NCBI RefSeq assembly: GCF_018350175.1
Contig: NC_058368.1
Coordinates: 203,858,001-203,922,000 of the forward strand
Reading direction: 5' to 3'
Source of the DNA: Felis catus
Lineage: Eukaryota
DNA: 64,000 bases
Part shown: piece after piece, positions 63,331 to 64,000 of the stretch
How the letters are laid out: every line of letters starts with the position of its first letter
Numbering within the stretch: position 1 is the stretch's first letter
Notes under the pieces: generated by a model
The model's input: the letters and a program-made list of their open reading frames with translations, nothing else
Told to the model about the DNA's origin: nothing
The model's database searches: none
Program-made: the position numbers and the translations under genes

Positions 63331-63384
63331 AGCTTCCCACGCGTCAAACATGGGAGTCATTACCTTCTTCTCTCCCATGTTTTT

Positions 63385-63960
63385 ATTAACAAATAATTTC
63401 ATTAAAGGTCTACTATATGCCAGGCACTATATCAAGCACTGATGATACCAATAAATTATGGTCATGTATAGACACAGTGCAAAGAAAATAAATCACAACA
63501 AAATAAAACAGCATTTCCCAACCTTGTTAAGAGACATAAGGCAGATGTTTTTCAAAAGAGATGTTTCATGATCAATCAATCCTAGAACCATTGGGTAAAA
63601 ACACATTTCTTCCCTGAATTATCTTTCAGGACCATTAATACTCAAATAAATATATGAGAAGTCTAGAGCAGAGTTTCCCAAAATTATTTGACCATAAGAC
63701 AAATTTGGGGTTTTTATTTATTTGTTCTATTTGGAAGAGAAACTCAAGGAAATAGAGTCCTGCAAAGGAGCCTATGAGAAGGGGCATCAGAGCCTTTGCT
63801 CAGTAATCAGGGGACAACTCAAGGAGGAAGTTATTCGAAGTGAGACATAAAGAGAAAGAGGAAGGTGCCAGGTGGGCAAGCTGTAGGAAGGCCAACAGCT
63901 AACCGTGTAGAGATACTGAAATGCAAACAGACCTGGCTATTTAGGGAAACTCTAAGGAAA
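63385..63960 (-). mobile_element. L2 fragments
   Basis: AACAAATAATTTCATTAAAGGTCTACTATATGCCAGGCACT is an antisense L2 end. Confidence 0.5.
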
Positions 63961-64000
63961 TGCTATAGAACTCTAACATTTTTGTCTTTTTCTGAGAGAC

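Overview
This window is AT-rich, repeat-dense mammalian genomic DNA from a felid (cat family), inferred from about 30 tRNA-derived Can-SINE/SINEC_Fc-type copies. It looks intronic or intergenic. I could not identify a protein-coding gene, and I see no CRISPR array, RNA gene or novel biological system. The ORF-track entries I can interpret come from SINEs, LINE-1 ORF2 remnants and microsatellites; the rest match nothing I recognise. Main content: a decayed ~4.6 kb carnivore L1 (ORF1 end plus ORF2, + strand) joined tail-to-tail to an older L1, a 1.75 kb L1 3' fragment, old L1M/L2/MIR fragments, MaLR (MLT1) solo LTRs, hAT and Tigger DNA-transposon fossils, and one well-preserved ERV solo LTR (53685-54065) with intact CCAAT/TATA/polyA signals and a 5-bp TSD. 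The most noteworthy observations are structural: an L1 fold-back junction, nested and inverted SINEs, a SINE dimer, young SINEs, small hairpins and a few splice-signal-flanked candidate exons. Repeat subfamily names come from recalled consensus sequences and need Dfam/RepeatMasker confirmation.
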